Source: Chiloscyllium plagiosum
Lineage: Eukaryota
NCBI RefSeq assembly: GCF_004010195.1
Contig: NC_057718.1
Location: 56,805,166 to 56,869,165, forward strand
Length of the DNA: 64,000 bases
Reading direction: 5' to 3'
Shown: positions 11,911 through 23,579 of the stretch, piece after piece
Layout of the letters: every line of letters starts with the position of its first letter
Position numbering within the stretch: position 1 is the stretch's first letter
Notes under the pieces: model-generated
The model's input: only the letters and a program-made list of their open reading frames with translations
What the model was told of the DNA's origin: nothing
The model's database searches: none
Program-made: the position numbers and the translations under genes

Positions 11911-13529
11911 GGTCACAAACTGCTCACAGCTACATAATTTAGAACACTCCTGCTCTGTCAATATTGGTTCAACTGAGCAATTCTTGGCAGGGTACATTGA
12001 AGACACCACCCAGACAACCTTTGCTACCTTCAGTGCATCCTCCAAATAGTGTTCAATGTGGAGGAGCACTGATTAATCAGCTAAGGGACACGGGTCTGCA
12101 GATGATAATTAGCAGGAAGCTCTTTGACCAAGTTGGACTGATGCCATGAAATTTCACGCATTCCAGAGTAAATGTAAAGGATGCCCACAACCACTTCCTC
12201 CCAACCCTATTCTAATCTGCCATCACTTCAGGGACAGTGCAAGATATGATTCGTGAGAATGACTTTGTCAAGCTGTTGCTCAACTAGTCTGTGAGCCAGT
12301 CCTCCAAACTTTGATACAAGCTCCCAGATGTTAGTAGGGAGGATTTTGCAGACTCAAAAGGGTTGTGCACTATTGTCATTTCCAAAGACTCAGTTGATGT
12401 TGAGTGATCCAATTAGGTTCATTCCTTTTATTTAGATGCAACTTGCTAAGCTCTTTCAGAGGGCACTGCAGAGTCAACTATATTGCTGTTGATTTGGACT
12501 CACATATATGCCAGAACAGGTGAAGAAAGCAGATTTTCCTCCCCTAAAGGAATTACTTGAATCAGATGGGTTTTATGACAGTTGTTTCATGGTGATTATT
12601 AATTTAGCTTTTCAATCTATATTTATTAATTGAATTCAAAATTTTATCATCTGCTATGGTTGGATTCGAGCACATGGCCCTAAAATATTAACCTGGTTCT
12701 CTGGATTACCAGTTCATTGACAATACTGTCACGTAACCACTCCCTTCAAGTGCAGTATGAAAAAGCTGATCCAATCTTTAAAACTGTCAAAGGGAAATTT
12801 TAAGAAATAGGATAAGGAGCTGGCAAGCAGTTGAAAGTGCCTTAAGAGCTATCAGTAACTATGGAGGATAGATTCCAAAATGAAGAATGCCCAGGTGAAG
12901 TGGTCATACAGGTTTGATACATGACTGTAAAACTAAGGCAACTGAAGTGACCAAAGCAATTGCTAAGCTGAATGAAGTCAACAAATTGAAAATGAATAGG
13001 AGCATTAGAGAGTAAATAAGTATTTGGAGGAAATTCTAAAAGAGATGAAAAATGAAGGCTCTAATTTTGAAGTGCCAGTGGGAAGAAAATGAATGTGTTC
13101 ACAGGATGTGGCACACCACTTGGAAAAATTAGAAAATGACTAATAAAAAGAACAACGCTCTTTAGATGTAGCAAAATCAGTTATGGAGGAAGTGACTGAA
13201 GAGGATAATTTTGAAGCTGGTTGTCAACCTGAAATGTGCTCTCTGTGTTAAACACAGGAATACACATTCAGTTTGTTCTTGGTCAACAAAGGAGCTTAGA
13301 AGTAAGAAGAAACCATGCTCCTCTGTATTAAAAGTTGAAAAGCCTATGTGCAAATCATTTATGCCATGTGGTGTGTCTAAGATGTCATCATGTATGAAGA
13401 GGGAAAGACACCTAAAGAAATGTGTGAAGAAAATTTTAACATATTTCAAGTTGGTACCCATGAAAAGATTACAAAGAAAAACATGATTGATGTTCTGTCA
13501 GGAAAAAAGTGTGAGTAAAATGTCAGCGT

Positions 13530-14840
13530 TGAGCAAGTAATAAAATATGTGAATATATAGAGTACAGTAAATAAGATTGGGGAATTACAGCTGCAGATTG
13601 TCATGTGGAATAATGATATTGTGGTGATAACTGAAATCTGGTTCAAGGAAGATCAAAACTGGGTGTTAAATATTCCTGGGTACAATATGTTCAGAAAAGG
13701 TAGAATGGAGGAGGGATGGCAGGTTGGTTAAGGAGTACATCACAGTGCTGGAGAAAGGAGAATATCTCCAAGGGTTTTGGAATGTATTTGGCCAGAGCTA
13801 AGGAACAAAAATGTTGCAATTACATTGCCTAGTGTAGTCTACAGACCATTAACTATTGGGAAGGATGTAGTGGAACAAATCTGCAGGAAAATTAGAGACA
13901 TGCCAACATAATAAGAGTACTTACAATGGGAGGATTTAATAACTCAAATATAGATTGGGATGCTGGTAGTGTAAGAAATAATGAGGGGATAGTGTTGCGA
14001 GATTGTGTTCAGAAGAATTGTCTACAGCCGTACTATCCAGTTCAAAAAGAAAGGATGCACTGCTGGACCTGGTTCTTGGAAATAAGGTGGGCCAGTGGAT
14101 CAAATGTCAGTGGGGGAACATTTAAGAGATAGTAATCATTGTATCGTTAGGTTTAAGATGTTGGGAAAATAAAAATGGTTAATGATCAAAAAATCATTTG
14201 GCAGGGTGTCAACTGCAATGGGACTATAATAGAGTTGGGCAGCAAAGATTGAAATGAAAGGTGACTAGAAAAACTACAACTGAACAATGGACCTTCAAAG
14301 AGGAAATGTTTCAGGTACAGTCCCTCAAAAGAAAAGATAGGACAAACACATCCAAAGCTTCCTGAATGAAAATGGAAATAGAAAATAAAATAAAGGAAAA
14401 GTGAGCTAAAGACAGATTTCAGGTAGAAGATAAAATTACAAGCCAAGCAATGCAAGAGGATCAAAGAGAAGGTGAAAATGCACTAAGTGATACAAAAAGG
14501 AATTATGAGAAAAGGCTGGCAGCCAACATAAAGAGAAGCCCAAAGTCTTCTATAGGCATTTAAATAGTCAATGAGTAGGAAACCAGGAGTAGGGTTGATT
14601 AGGGACGAAAAAAGGGATTTACACATGGAGGCAGGGGACATGGCTGATGTATTAAATGAATACCATGCATCTGTCTTCACCAAGAAGGTACATGCTAACT
14701 AAGACATGGTGACATAAGAGATTCTATCATCAGAAGGGTTTAAAATTGATAAGGAAGAGACACTGCATAGACTGTTGGTACTTGACAAAGCAAAGAAATG
14801 GATGAGATGCATCTAAAGATACTGAAGGCAATGTGTGTGG
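13530..14840 (+). mobile_element. Decayed CR1 ORF2 5' region (APE endonuclease and linker)
   Basis: NKIGELQ..DIVVITEIW..NIPGYN, MGGFNN.NIDW and LNEY.ASVFTK motifs in broken frames. Confidence 0.75.
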
Positions 14841-15584
14841 AACTATAGGCAAAGATACTTGTGCAGGTGTGGGTTCAGATTCTTGTGCAAAGGGTGGGTG
14901 CTGATTATTACATAGGTGCGGGTACAGCTACGCATCCAGACACCGGTACAGCTATGCATTCTGGGTACAGATACTGGTACACATGTAGGTACTGTTACTG
15001 GAATTAGTGTTATTAATGATATTGGTACATGTGTGGGCACAGATACTAGAATAGGTCTCTGTGAAAATATTAGTATAGGTGTGGGTGCAGAAGCCTGTGT
15101 TGGCGCAGTACAGATTCTTGCACAAGTGTGGCTACAGATTCTTGTACAGCAGTGAATACGGATATATGTGGGTACATCAACTGGTGCAGGTTTGGGTGTA
15201 GATTATAATAAGGGAGTGAGTACAGATTTTTGTACAAGATTGGGTGCAAATATTGGTTCAGGTGAGGGTACAGATACATGTACAGATGTGGCACTGGCAC
15301 TAGTATGAGTGTGAGTACAGATTCTTGTATAGGTGTGGATACAGCTACTGTTACAGTTGTGAGTACAGACAGTGCAACAGGTATAGGTATTGGACAGGTG
15401 TGGGTATAGATACTGGTACAGTTGTGAGTGCAGGTACTGGTGCAGGATTGGGTAGAGATACTGGAATAGGTGTGGGTACAGATTAATGGTTCAGGTGTAC
15501 GTAAAGATACTGGGTTGGACATGGGTGCAGATAATGATTCTGGTGTGAATACATATTCTTGTACAGGTGTGGATACAGATACTG

Positions 15585-15820
15585 GGAGAAAGTGAGGACT
15601 GCAGATCAGAGTCGAGAGTGTGATGCTGGAAGAGCACAGCCGGTCAGACAGCATCCGAGGAGCAGGAGAATCAACGTTTTGGGCAAAAGCCCTTCATCAG
15701 GAATGAGGCTTGTGGGTCAGGGCTTGGATAAATGGGAGGGGGCTGGGGTTTGGGGGAGGTAGCTGGGAAAGCGATAGGTGGATGAAGGCGAGGGAGAAGG
15801 TGATGGGCAGATGAGCATAT
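15585..15820 (-). mobile_element. PLE 3'-terminus fragment with mutated hammerhead motif (about 15673-15700)
   Basis: Starts ggagaaagtgaggactgcagat like the other copies; minus strand CTGATGAAGGGCTTTTGCCCAAAACGTT (G12>A). Confidence 0.8.
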
Positions 15821-15821
15821 G

Positions 15822-16442
15822 GTCCATGCTCATCTGCCTCTGTCTGCTTTTTTGTGTTTCTTTTTTCATTTGCTCCTTTAAAAATTTTTTTTCTTTTAAG
15901 GCCTTTATGGCATCTTTGGCGTGGTGGAAGCAGGCTTGGTAGCACAGAGCGTGCGGTGGAGGTGGCAGCAACAGCAGCAGCAGAAGACTGCAGGCCAGCA
16001 GTGCAGAGGAGAGAGCAAGCTCGGCTGTTCAAGATGGCAGCATTGTCACAATAGGCCTAAGATAGACTCAAGGCCGGCCGCACCTTTGTTTTTCTCTTTC
16101 CTTTTTGTCTTTTACTCTTTTCTTCATCTTCCTGATGTTGTGGGGAGTCTGGAACAGTTTCAGCAGTGCAGCAGGGATTCCTGTATTCATAGGCTCAATG
16201 AGTGGACTCCTAGAATTGGTGGCATGGCATGGCTGAGTGATGAAGGAGCAGGGACTTGTGGTGGCATTAGGCTCAGAGTGTGGACCTTGCAAAAGTCCTG
16301 AAGCCGTATTTGTGACCTCAGCCAATGAAGAGGAACTCTATTTAAGTACTTTGATTTCATTCTTTTGTGCCTCAAAATGGTGCCATATTGTGGCACTTTT
16401 CACTGTATCTCCTAAGATATGTGACAATAAATAAATCATTCA
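15822..16442 (+). mobile_element. Non-autonomous SINE-like element, copy 1 (LINE-type 3' tail cttttcactgta...gtgacaataaa)
   Basis: Shares the 5' block gctcatctgc, a T-rich block and the 3' block atggtgccata...cttttcactg...tgacaataaa with 17586-18015. Confidence 0.55.
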
Positions 16443-17585
16443 GACTCTTGCATAGGTGTGGGCAATGATGCAAATGAAGGTGTGGGCACAGATTCTTGTG
16501 TCCAATATGGGTTGCAGATTCTTCTACAAATGAGTGCACCTCTACTTGTAACAGGTATGAGTAGCTACTGGAACAGGTAGAGCGCAGGCACTGGTACAGA
16601 TATGAATGTAGACATAGGTAGTATTCTGGGTACAGACATTGCTAAAGATTTGGCTGCAGATACTAGTACAAGCTTGGGGAAAGATTCTTGTACGTGTGGT
16701 ATGGAGATGTTACAGGTGTGGGTACAGATTATTTTCCATGTTTGTGTACAGCTACTGATACACATGTAGGTGCAGATACTGGAATTGGTTTTTGTTAAGA
16801 TGCTGTTAGAGGTGTGGATACAAATAGTGGTACGGGTCCACAAATGTGGGTCCAAATTCTTGTACAGCTGTGAGTACTGATCCATGAAAATAATCATAAA
16901 CAGGAAAGGGCTGGCTAAGTGTCAAGAGTGGTGCTGGAAAAGCACAGCAGGTCAGGCAGCATCCGAGGAGCAGGAAAATTGATGTTTCGGGATTAGTGAA
17001 TCTCCATCCAGCAGATAGGGGCCCCCCAACACCTCCATAAATTCAAGCTATAGGTTTTCTTTTTATGAAACCTTTGGTTAAGTGCATGGCTTCCCAAATT
17101 TTCCAATTGTCCCATTTTAATACTTGAAAATTAATGTAATACCAACAAAAACAAAACAGCATTTAAAGTAACACAGTAACATTTAATATATGAAGTTCAC
17201 ATATTTATATGATGTATTATGTTGATCTGTATTATGAAAGTGTGTATGTAAACATTTTACATACTCAACAAGCCTGAGATACATGGCCATGTATGTTGAC
17301 AGTGTGAATTGGAATCCCATTTTACAAGCACAGTGAAAGTGTTCCCCTGATTTGGTTCAAGCCAGAATGCTCACTGTCACCCCTATTTTCTTTATGGTCA
17401 GGAGAAACAGCCTCTGTTTATCCATTTCCCTGTTCTACTTTTTATTCTCGAGCATTTCTAATTTTAAAGACTGTAAAGTTGCAAAGCGTGGAGTATGATG
17501 CCTTGCTGCAAACTAGGTTAAGGTATGTGAGTATCAAAACCAAAAAGCTCCCCATTGCTCATCGCTTCAGGGTTCCTTATTTCTG

Positions 17586-18015
17586 CTTGAGATGGCAGTG
17601 GAGTAGAAACACAGCACACAGACTCCTGCCTTGAGCTCATCTGCTCCATCCGCTGTTACTTTCTATTCTTTTGCTTTTTTAAAATTCTTACTTTAATCTA
17701 TTTACCTTTTGTGGACAGCTAGTTTGTGCAGTGCAGAGGAGTCAAGCCATTGCAGGGCGAGTGATCCCAACATGGTGAGACCAGGCAGCCTGAGGCAGCG
17801 GTGAGAGAAAGTTTCCAGGAGTTGAGTTCAGCATGGACTGCAGGCGGAACCTGGTGCAGTCTAGTGGCTTTTTATTCCTTTATTTTTCTCATTTATTCCC
17901 AAAATCCTAAATACCTAGGCAGCTTTGTATCTGAGATGGTGCCATAAGTGGAGTCTTTGTAAACTTTTCACTGGACTCATGTGAGTATATATGACAATAA
18001 ACCTAATGCTAAATC
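17586..18015 (+). mobile_element. Non-autonomous SINE-like element, copy 2
   Basis: Same block order and tail as 15822-16442; the tail also occurs inverted at about 59078-59130. Confidence 0.55.
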
Positions 18016-18779
18016 ATTCCCACCTCTCACTGAGCGTCTCTATCTCAATTTCTAACTACTAACTCATGAGACCACAAATTTTCAGGATACACAATTCTGA
18101 ACTTTCCCAACCAGTTGCAGCCCTCTAAGGTTAACATTATCAAACAGAATTTGTTGATAAGCTTGTGGGAGTAGCAGGAAATTATTTGATATGAAATTAA
18201 TTAGGTTTTATCCTTGCTCAGACACTGGATTCAAGTATAATAGTCAATCATTGTTTGCAATTTCTTACAAAAACTTATTTTACATGTAGACAAATTGTAA
18301 TGAGAAATCTACAGCATTTGGCTCCCAGGCTCTTGCAATTAGTGCTCATATAGGAAATTTCCTATTTTGAGAAAGTGTGAATTGAGATATTAAATTGGTC
18401 ACTTCCCAGCTTTTGGCAGATGTTAGTTCTTTATCAAATATCAATAGTACACCCCCCAGAGAAATCTAACACAGAAACAGAAATGTGCAAGCATTCAATT
18501 CAAGGTAGACCAGCATCTCTGCCGCTACAGTGCTGGGTAAAGAAATCTTCATTCCAAAAACATGGTTTCTTTCAACTGCTTCTGTTTTACTCATATCCAC
18601 TTACATCATTCTTTACCCATCAAATGTTTTTAATGAATTGAAGACATTTGTGATTGTGGTTACAAGTTACAATTGTTATTATTATAATTTAAATCATTTG
18701 GGACTATCAGTTTGTTCCCTGCATATTCATTTATACAGGATTTACATGCACAAGGAGCTTTGTTCCTGGAAAAAAGGTC

Positions 18780-20310
18780 TGAACTGTCCCCATCAACCAC
18801 CACCCTCTTCCTCACTCTGAATTATTCCTCTCATTTTCTTCAGGTCAAAGGGGTAGCCAATCAGTACTTGCATGGACCCCGGTAAGCCAGTCTCATTGTG
18901 GATGCATGGAACATTCCTTGTGCCAGTCCTGTTTCGGTCCTTATGCAGTTTATAATGATACCATCAGTAATGCTTCCTTCACTCATCCGGAATTGGCAAT
19001 GCTTATCAATTTCATTTCCAACATCCAGTCCACTCGAACCTGCACCAGTCTCCTCCATTCCTTTCTTTGACATCACTTTCCATTTTTGGAGAATAGGCTG
19101 GCCACCAATAGCTACGACAAACCAACTGATTCCCACAGTTACCTTGACTATATATATCCTCACATCTTACTTGCTGTAAAAGACTTCATTCCATTCTCCC
19201 ACTTCCTCCATCTAATTTGTTTTGATGATGCCAATTTCAATAAGGGGGACTCCGAAATTCCATCTTCTTCCTCAACCAAGGATCTCCCAGCACTGTACTT
19301 AAAAGGGACCTCAGCAGGATTGGACCCATCTCCCATACTTGAGCTCTCCCCCTCACTCTTCTCTCCCACCACAACCATTGGGTCCCCTTTGTCCTCACCT
19401 ACTATCTCACCAGCATCCACATCCAGAGGAACATTAGCCGCCATTTCCGCCACATCCAGCAGGATGCCACCACCGGACACATGTTCTCCTCCCCTCTCTT
19501 GTCAGCCTTCTGCAAGAGAAGCTCCCTTTGGGACACTCTGGTCCAACCTTTGTTCATTCCCAACAATGCCCAACCCCTCCCCACAGCCCCTTCCCCTGCA
19601 ACTACAGAAGATGTAACACCTGCCCAATTACTCCCTCCCTCCTCAAGATCCAATGGTCCAAACACACCTTCCAGGTAAAGCAGCTTTACCTGTACTTCAG
19701 TCAATCTAGTCTACCGTATTGTCTGCTCACATGTGGTCTTCTTTATATTGCGGAAACCATGTGCTGACTGCATGACCACTCGCAGAACACTTCTGTTCTG
19801 CTTACAAAGCAAACATTGATCTTCCAGTTGAAGAGGTGGCTTCTTCAAAAGACCACCTTGTTCTCTGGCAAACATCTCTGTCTCAGGCTTGCTGCAGTGC
19901 TCCAACAAAGCTCATCAGAAGCTGGATGAATAGCACCTCATTTTCCATTTGGGAACTCTACAGCCTTACCTTACCTCCAAAACCCCACACCAGGCTTTGT
20001 TATCACATGATCTGCCATTATATACTCCACATTTTTAGTCACTAATAGTCCCATTAGCAGCCATTCATTCTCCTAGGCTGACCATTATTCACACTTTTGT
20101 CTATCCAATTCTTCTCTCTCATTGGGTTCTATCTCCACTTATAGTTTACTCCTTACCCCTCCTCCCAGCCTATCTTCTGCATAAAAAATGTGTTCGTAGC
20201 TACCATCAGTTCTGAAGGTGGCGGCACTGGACCCAAAATGTTAACTGTGATTTCTCTCCACAGATGCTGCCAGATTTGCTGAGGTTTTCCAGAAATTTCG
20301 CTTTTTTTTG
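18780..20310 (+). mobile_element. Decayed Penelope-like element (RT C-terminus, Cys linker, GIY-YIG, terminal repeat with degenerate hammerhead motif at about 20212-20245)
   Basis: KGVA.., DKPTDSHSYLDY, FPCNYRRCNTC and CGLLYIAET motifs; colinear with the 5100-6640 PLE. Confidence 0.8.
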
Positions 20311-20444
20311 CATGCACAAATTTATGTCTTTAAAGAGGAATAATTTTAATTGCCATAGTTTTAATGCTACTGGAAATGCTTCCAATTTAAAATATGAATA
20401 TACTACTGTATCTACTATTAAAAGTGCTAAATTGTCAGTCTTAC

Positions 20445-20572
20445 CTATCATCTGTGCTTTGCTCATCATGAAGAAGGCGCTCCTTGTTCAGTCCAATTTT
20501 TTCCAGTTCATGAGTCAATTTTTCCAAGTCATTACTCATTTGTTGAGTATTTAATTTTTCATTTACAAGCTC
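20445..20572 (-). CDS. CCDC88A: Girdin (CCDC88A) exon, 128 nt, phase 0/2: ELVNEKLNTQQMSNDLEKLTHELEKIGLNKERLLHDEQSTDD(S/R)
   Basis: Acceptor atttgcag|GAG; donor GAT AG|gtaag. Peptide continues the Girdin sequence directly after 'TLRE'. Not captured by the ORF track. Confidence 0.95.
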
Positions 20573-21142
20573 CTGCAAATATCACACAAAATTATAAATG
20601 ATTAAATTTATTCTTTGAGATTTGTAGGAATGAGCACCATTTTCCATAATGCAACACATTTCTACAAAGTATTGTAAACAAACTAAAAAATGGTGACCCC
20701 TCATTGAGAAATTCAGATAGCTATTACTAAACCAGCACCTTAAGCTAAAAAATAAGTTACTTTAATATTGGCAAAACTTAAAATGAGCAAAGTGGATTAG
20801 CATTAGCACAAAGGATGAGCACATAAAGGAACAATAAAGTAGTAAGCTCATAAATAAGCCTGAATATTTGACTAATTCTAGATGAGAAAATGATTCTTAT
20901 TTATTGCAAAGGAAACCTCAAGTACAAAAACGTGCAGCGGTAAGTTTTGACGTTACTAACATAAAATGTCAGCACTTCTGACTTGAAGAATCTTTTTCTC
21001 CCAAATGTTGTTCACCTGAAATTCTGCCTGAAAAAACAGGCGGTGGTCAAATGGAAAAAATGGAGAGAAGAAAGTGGAATCTTGGTTGCTCATAGCCAAC
21101 CTGATACAATTCATGCAAACATAAAACCATAAGATACAGGAG

Positions 21143-21464
21143 TGACATGATGGCTCTGGTGGTTAGCATTGCTGCCTCACAGTCCCAGGGACATGGATTC
21201 GATTTAGGCAACTGTCTATATGAAGTTTGCACATTCAGTGTCTGTGTGGGTTAGCTCCGGGTGTTCCAGTCCAAAGATGTGTAGGTTAGGTGGATTGGCT
21301 ATGCTAAATTGCCCATAGTGTCCAGTGATGTGCAGGCTAGGTGGATTAAGACACAGGAAATGCAGGGTTAAAGGGAATGGGTCTGGGTGGGACGCTGTTC
21401 GGAGGGTCAGTGTGGACACAATAAGCTGAATGGCCTGCTTTCACATGGTAGGAATTCTATGATT
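21143..21464 (+). mobile_element. Diverged HE1-like V-SINE
   Basis: ggtggttagcattgctgcctcacag head, V-domain remnant and attggctatgctaaattgccc block as in 3029-3363. Confidence 0.8.
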
Positions 21465-22020
21465 CCAGCAGTAGAATTAGGCCATTCGGCCTATTGCGTC
21501 TGCTCTGCAATTTCATCATGTTTGATACATTTCTCAACCCCATTTTCCTGCCTTGTCCTTGCAACTTTTGATGCCTTAGCCATCAAAAACCTATATTCTA
21601 TGGTAATGAGTTCCACAGATTCACCAGCCCCTGGCTGAAGAAATTCTGCACAAGACAGTTCTAAAGACGTTGTCCCTTCATTCTGAGGTGGTGCTCTTGG
21701 GTCCTCACCTCTCCTACTAGTGGAAATATCGTCTCCACATCCAGCCTAACCTGGATTCTGTAATTTTCAATTAGATCCCTCCCTCATCTTTCAGCTCCAT
21801 TCAGCACAGACTCAGAGTCCTCAACTGCTCCTCACATGACAAGTCCTTCATCCCTGGTATCATTCTTGTAAGCCTCATCTGGACACCCTCCATCCCCAGC
21901 ACATCTTTCCTTGGATACACCACCCAAAACTGCTCTTAAATTTCCAAATGCAGTCTAACCAGAGCATTACACAGCCTCTTGTCTTCTCACCCTTTTGAAA
22001 AGAATACTAATATTACATTT

Positions 22021-22236
22021 TTGAAACTTTATTGCTGGAACAGCACAGCAGGTCAGGCAGCATCCAGGGAACAGGAGATTCGACGTTTCGGGCACAGGCC
22101 CTTCCTCATTCCCGAGGAAGGGCCTGTGCCCGAAACGTCGAATCTCCTGTTCCCTGGATGCTGCCTGACCTGCTGTGCTGTTCCAGCAATAAAGTTTCAA
22201 CTTTGATCTCCAGCATCTGCAGACCTCACTTTCTCC
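22021..22236. mobile_element. Fold-back PLE-terminus insertion: perfect 87-bp inverted arms (22021-22107 / 22114-22200), 6-nt spacer, 36-nt unpaired tail
   Basis: Arms compared base by base, 87/87; 15-bp TSD actaatattacattt at 22006-22020 / 22237-22251; hammerhead-like motif in each arm. Confidence 0.92.
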
Positions 22237-22910
22237 ACTAATATTACATTTGCCTTCCTAATTGTGAAATTAACCTGTATGTTAACCTGAAGAGCATCCT
22301 GAACTAGGACTCCCAATTCCCTTTGTGCTTCAAATTTCCGAAGCTTTTATCCATTTAGAAAATAGAAAAGCTTCTCTTCTGCCTACTAAAGTGCATAAGC
22401 TCATATTTTCCCACATTGTATTGCATCTGCTACTTCTCTGCTCACTCTTGTAGTCTGCCCAAGTCATTCTGCAGCCTTTCTGCTTCCTCAACACTGACCC
22501 CCTCCCATCTTTATGTAAACAACAAAGTTAGCAACAATGTCCCCAGTTTCTTCATCCAGATCGTTAATGTATAATGTAAGTAGTTGCGGTCCCCAACATG
22601 GGCCTCTGTGGAACTGCACTAGTCACTGATTGCTGTCCCGAAAAATACTCTTTCATCCTTATCTCTGCCTTGTCAATCAGCCAATCCTCAATTCATGCCA
22701 GTACCTTGCCCCTGACACCATGGACCCTTATCTTATTTAAGTCTCCTGTGCAGCTCCTTTCCGGAAATTCAAATAGTCCACTGGCTCTACTTTGTCTAAT
22801 TTGCTCATTAACTCCTCAAAGAATTCTAACAGATTTGTCACACGTAACCTCCCCTTGGACGAAACTGTTTTGACTCAGCCCTATGTTACCATGTACTTCC
22901 AAATACTCTA

Positions 22911-23129
22911 GGAGAAAGTGAGGACTGCAGATGCTGGAGATCAGAGCTGAAAAATGTGTTACTGGAAAAGCGCAGCAGGTCAGGCAGCATCCAAGGAGCA
23001 GGAGAATCGATGTTTCGGGCATAAGCCCTTCTTCAGGATTCCTGAAGAAGGGCTTATGCCCGAAACATTGATTCTCCTGCTCCTTGGATGCTGCCTGACC
23101 TGCTGCGCTTTTCCAGCAATACATTTTTC
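22911..23129. mobile_element. Fold-back PLE-terminus insertion with back-to-back hammerhead motifs (minus 23009-23036, plus 23042-23069)
   Basis: 16-bp TSD acttccaaatactcta at 22895-22910 / 23130-23145; CTGAAGAAGGGCTTATGCCCGAAACAT on both strands. Confidence 0.92.
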
Positions 23130-23579
23130 ACTTCCAAATACTCTACAAGCTCATCCTTACCAACAATCAGGTGAGACTAACCAGTGTATAGTTTCCTGTC
23201 TTCTGCCTCCCTCACTTTTTAAACAGGGGTGTCTCAAACATTTTCCAGTGATTCCTGAAAGATCACCACAATGCCTTTACAGTCTCCTCAGCTATCTCTT
23301 CCAGAACCCTAGGGTTAGCCCATCTGGTTCAAGTGATTTATCCAGCTTCAGATCTTTCAGCTTCCCCAGCACCTTCTTCCTTAGTGATAGCAATGACAGT
23401 CATCCATGCCTCTTGACACTCTTGGAGTTCTGGTATGCTGCTGGTGTCTTCCACTGTGAACACCGATGCAAAGCACCTATTCAATTCTGCCGCCATTTTT
23501 TTCCTCATTTATCAGTAGCCTAATTTCCACACTTACCTTTTAGATATCTAAAAATAGCCTCTTGCAATATCCTGTTAAA

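Larger units (their letters stand above)
14843..16885. repeat. Degenerate 12/24-bp minisatellite (unit about AGGTGTGGGTAC-AGATWCTKGTAC) in two blocks, 14843-15585 and 16441-16885, split by insertions
   Basis: Recurring ggtgtgggtacagat(t/a)ct(t/g)gtaca; source of the spurious T/V/G/P-rich ORFs here. Confidence 0.8.
21470..23575 (-). mobile_element. Decayed CR1 LINE (3' end at left) hosting two hairpin insertions
   Basis: Reverse complement of CR1 3' UTR and RT C-terminal sequence; continuous across both TSDs. Confidence 0.75.

Noticed and set aside
15070..15654. 194-aa Thr/Pro/Ser-rich ORF
   Set aside because: Lies in a 12/24-bp minisatellite; no splice or homology support.
22021..22236. Classification of the hairpins as DNA-transposon MITEs or miRNA genes
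   Set aside because: Long variable TSDs, an asymmetric tail, variable junctions and identity to the 3' end of the RT/GIY-YIG element point to retrotransposition; there is no evidence for miRNA processing.
21967..23523. Near-identical short ORFs on both strands (YCWNSTAGQAAS..., MLPDLL...SSICSPHF)
   Set aside because: They result from translating palindromic PLE termini; the same peptides recur at 31539 and 42143, with no coding signature.
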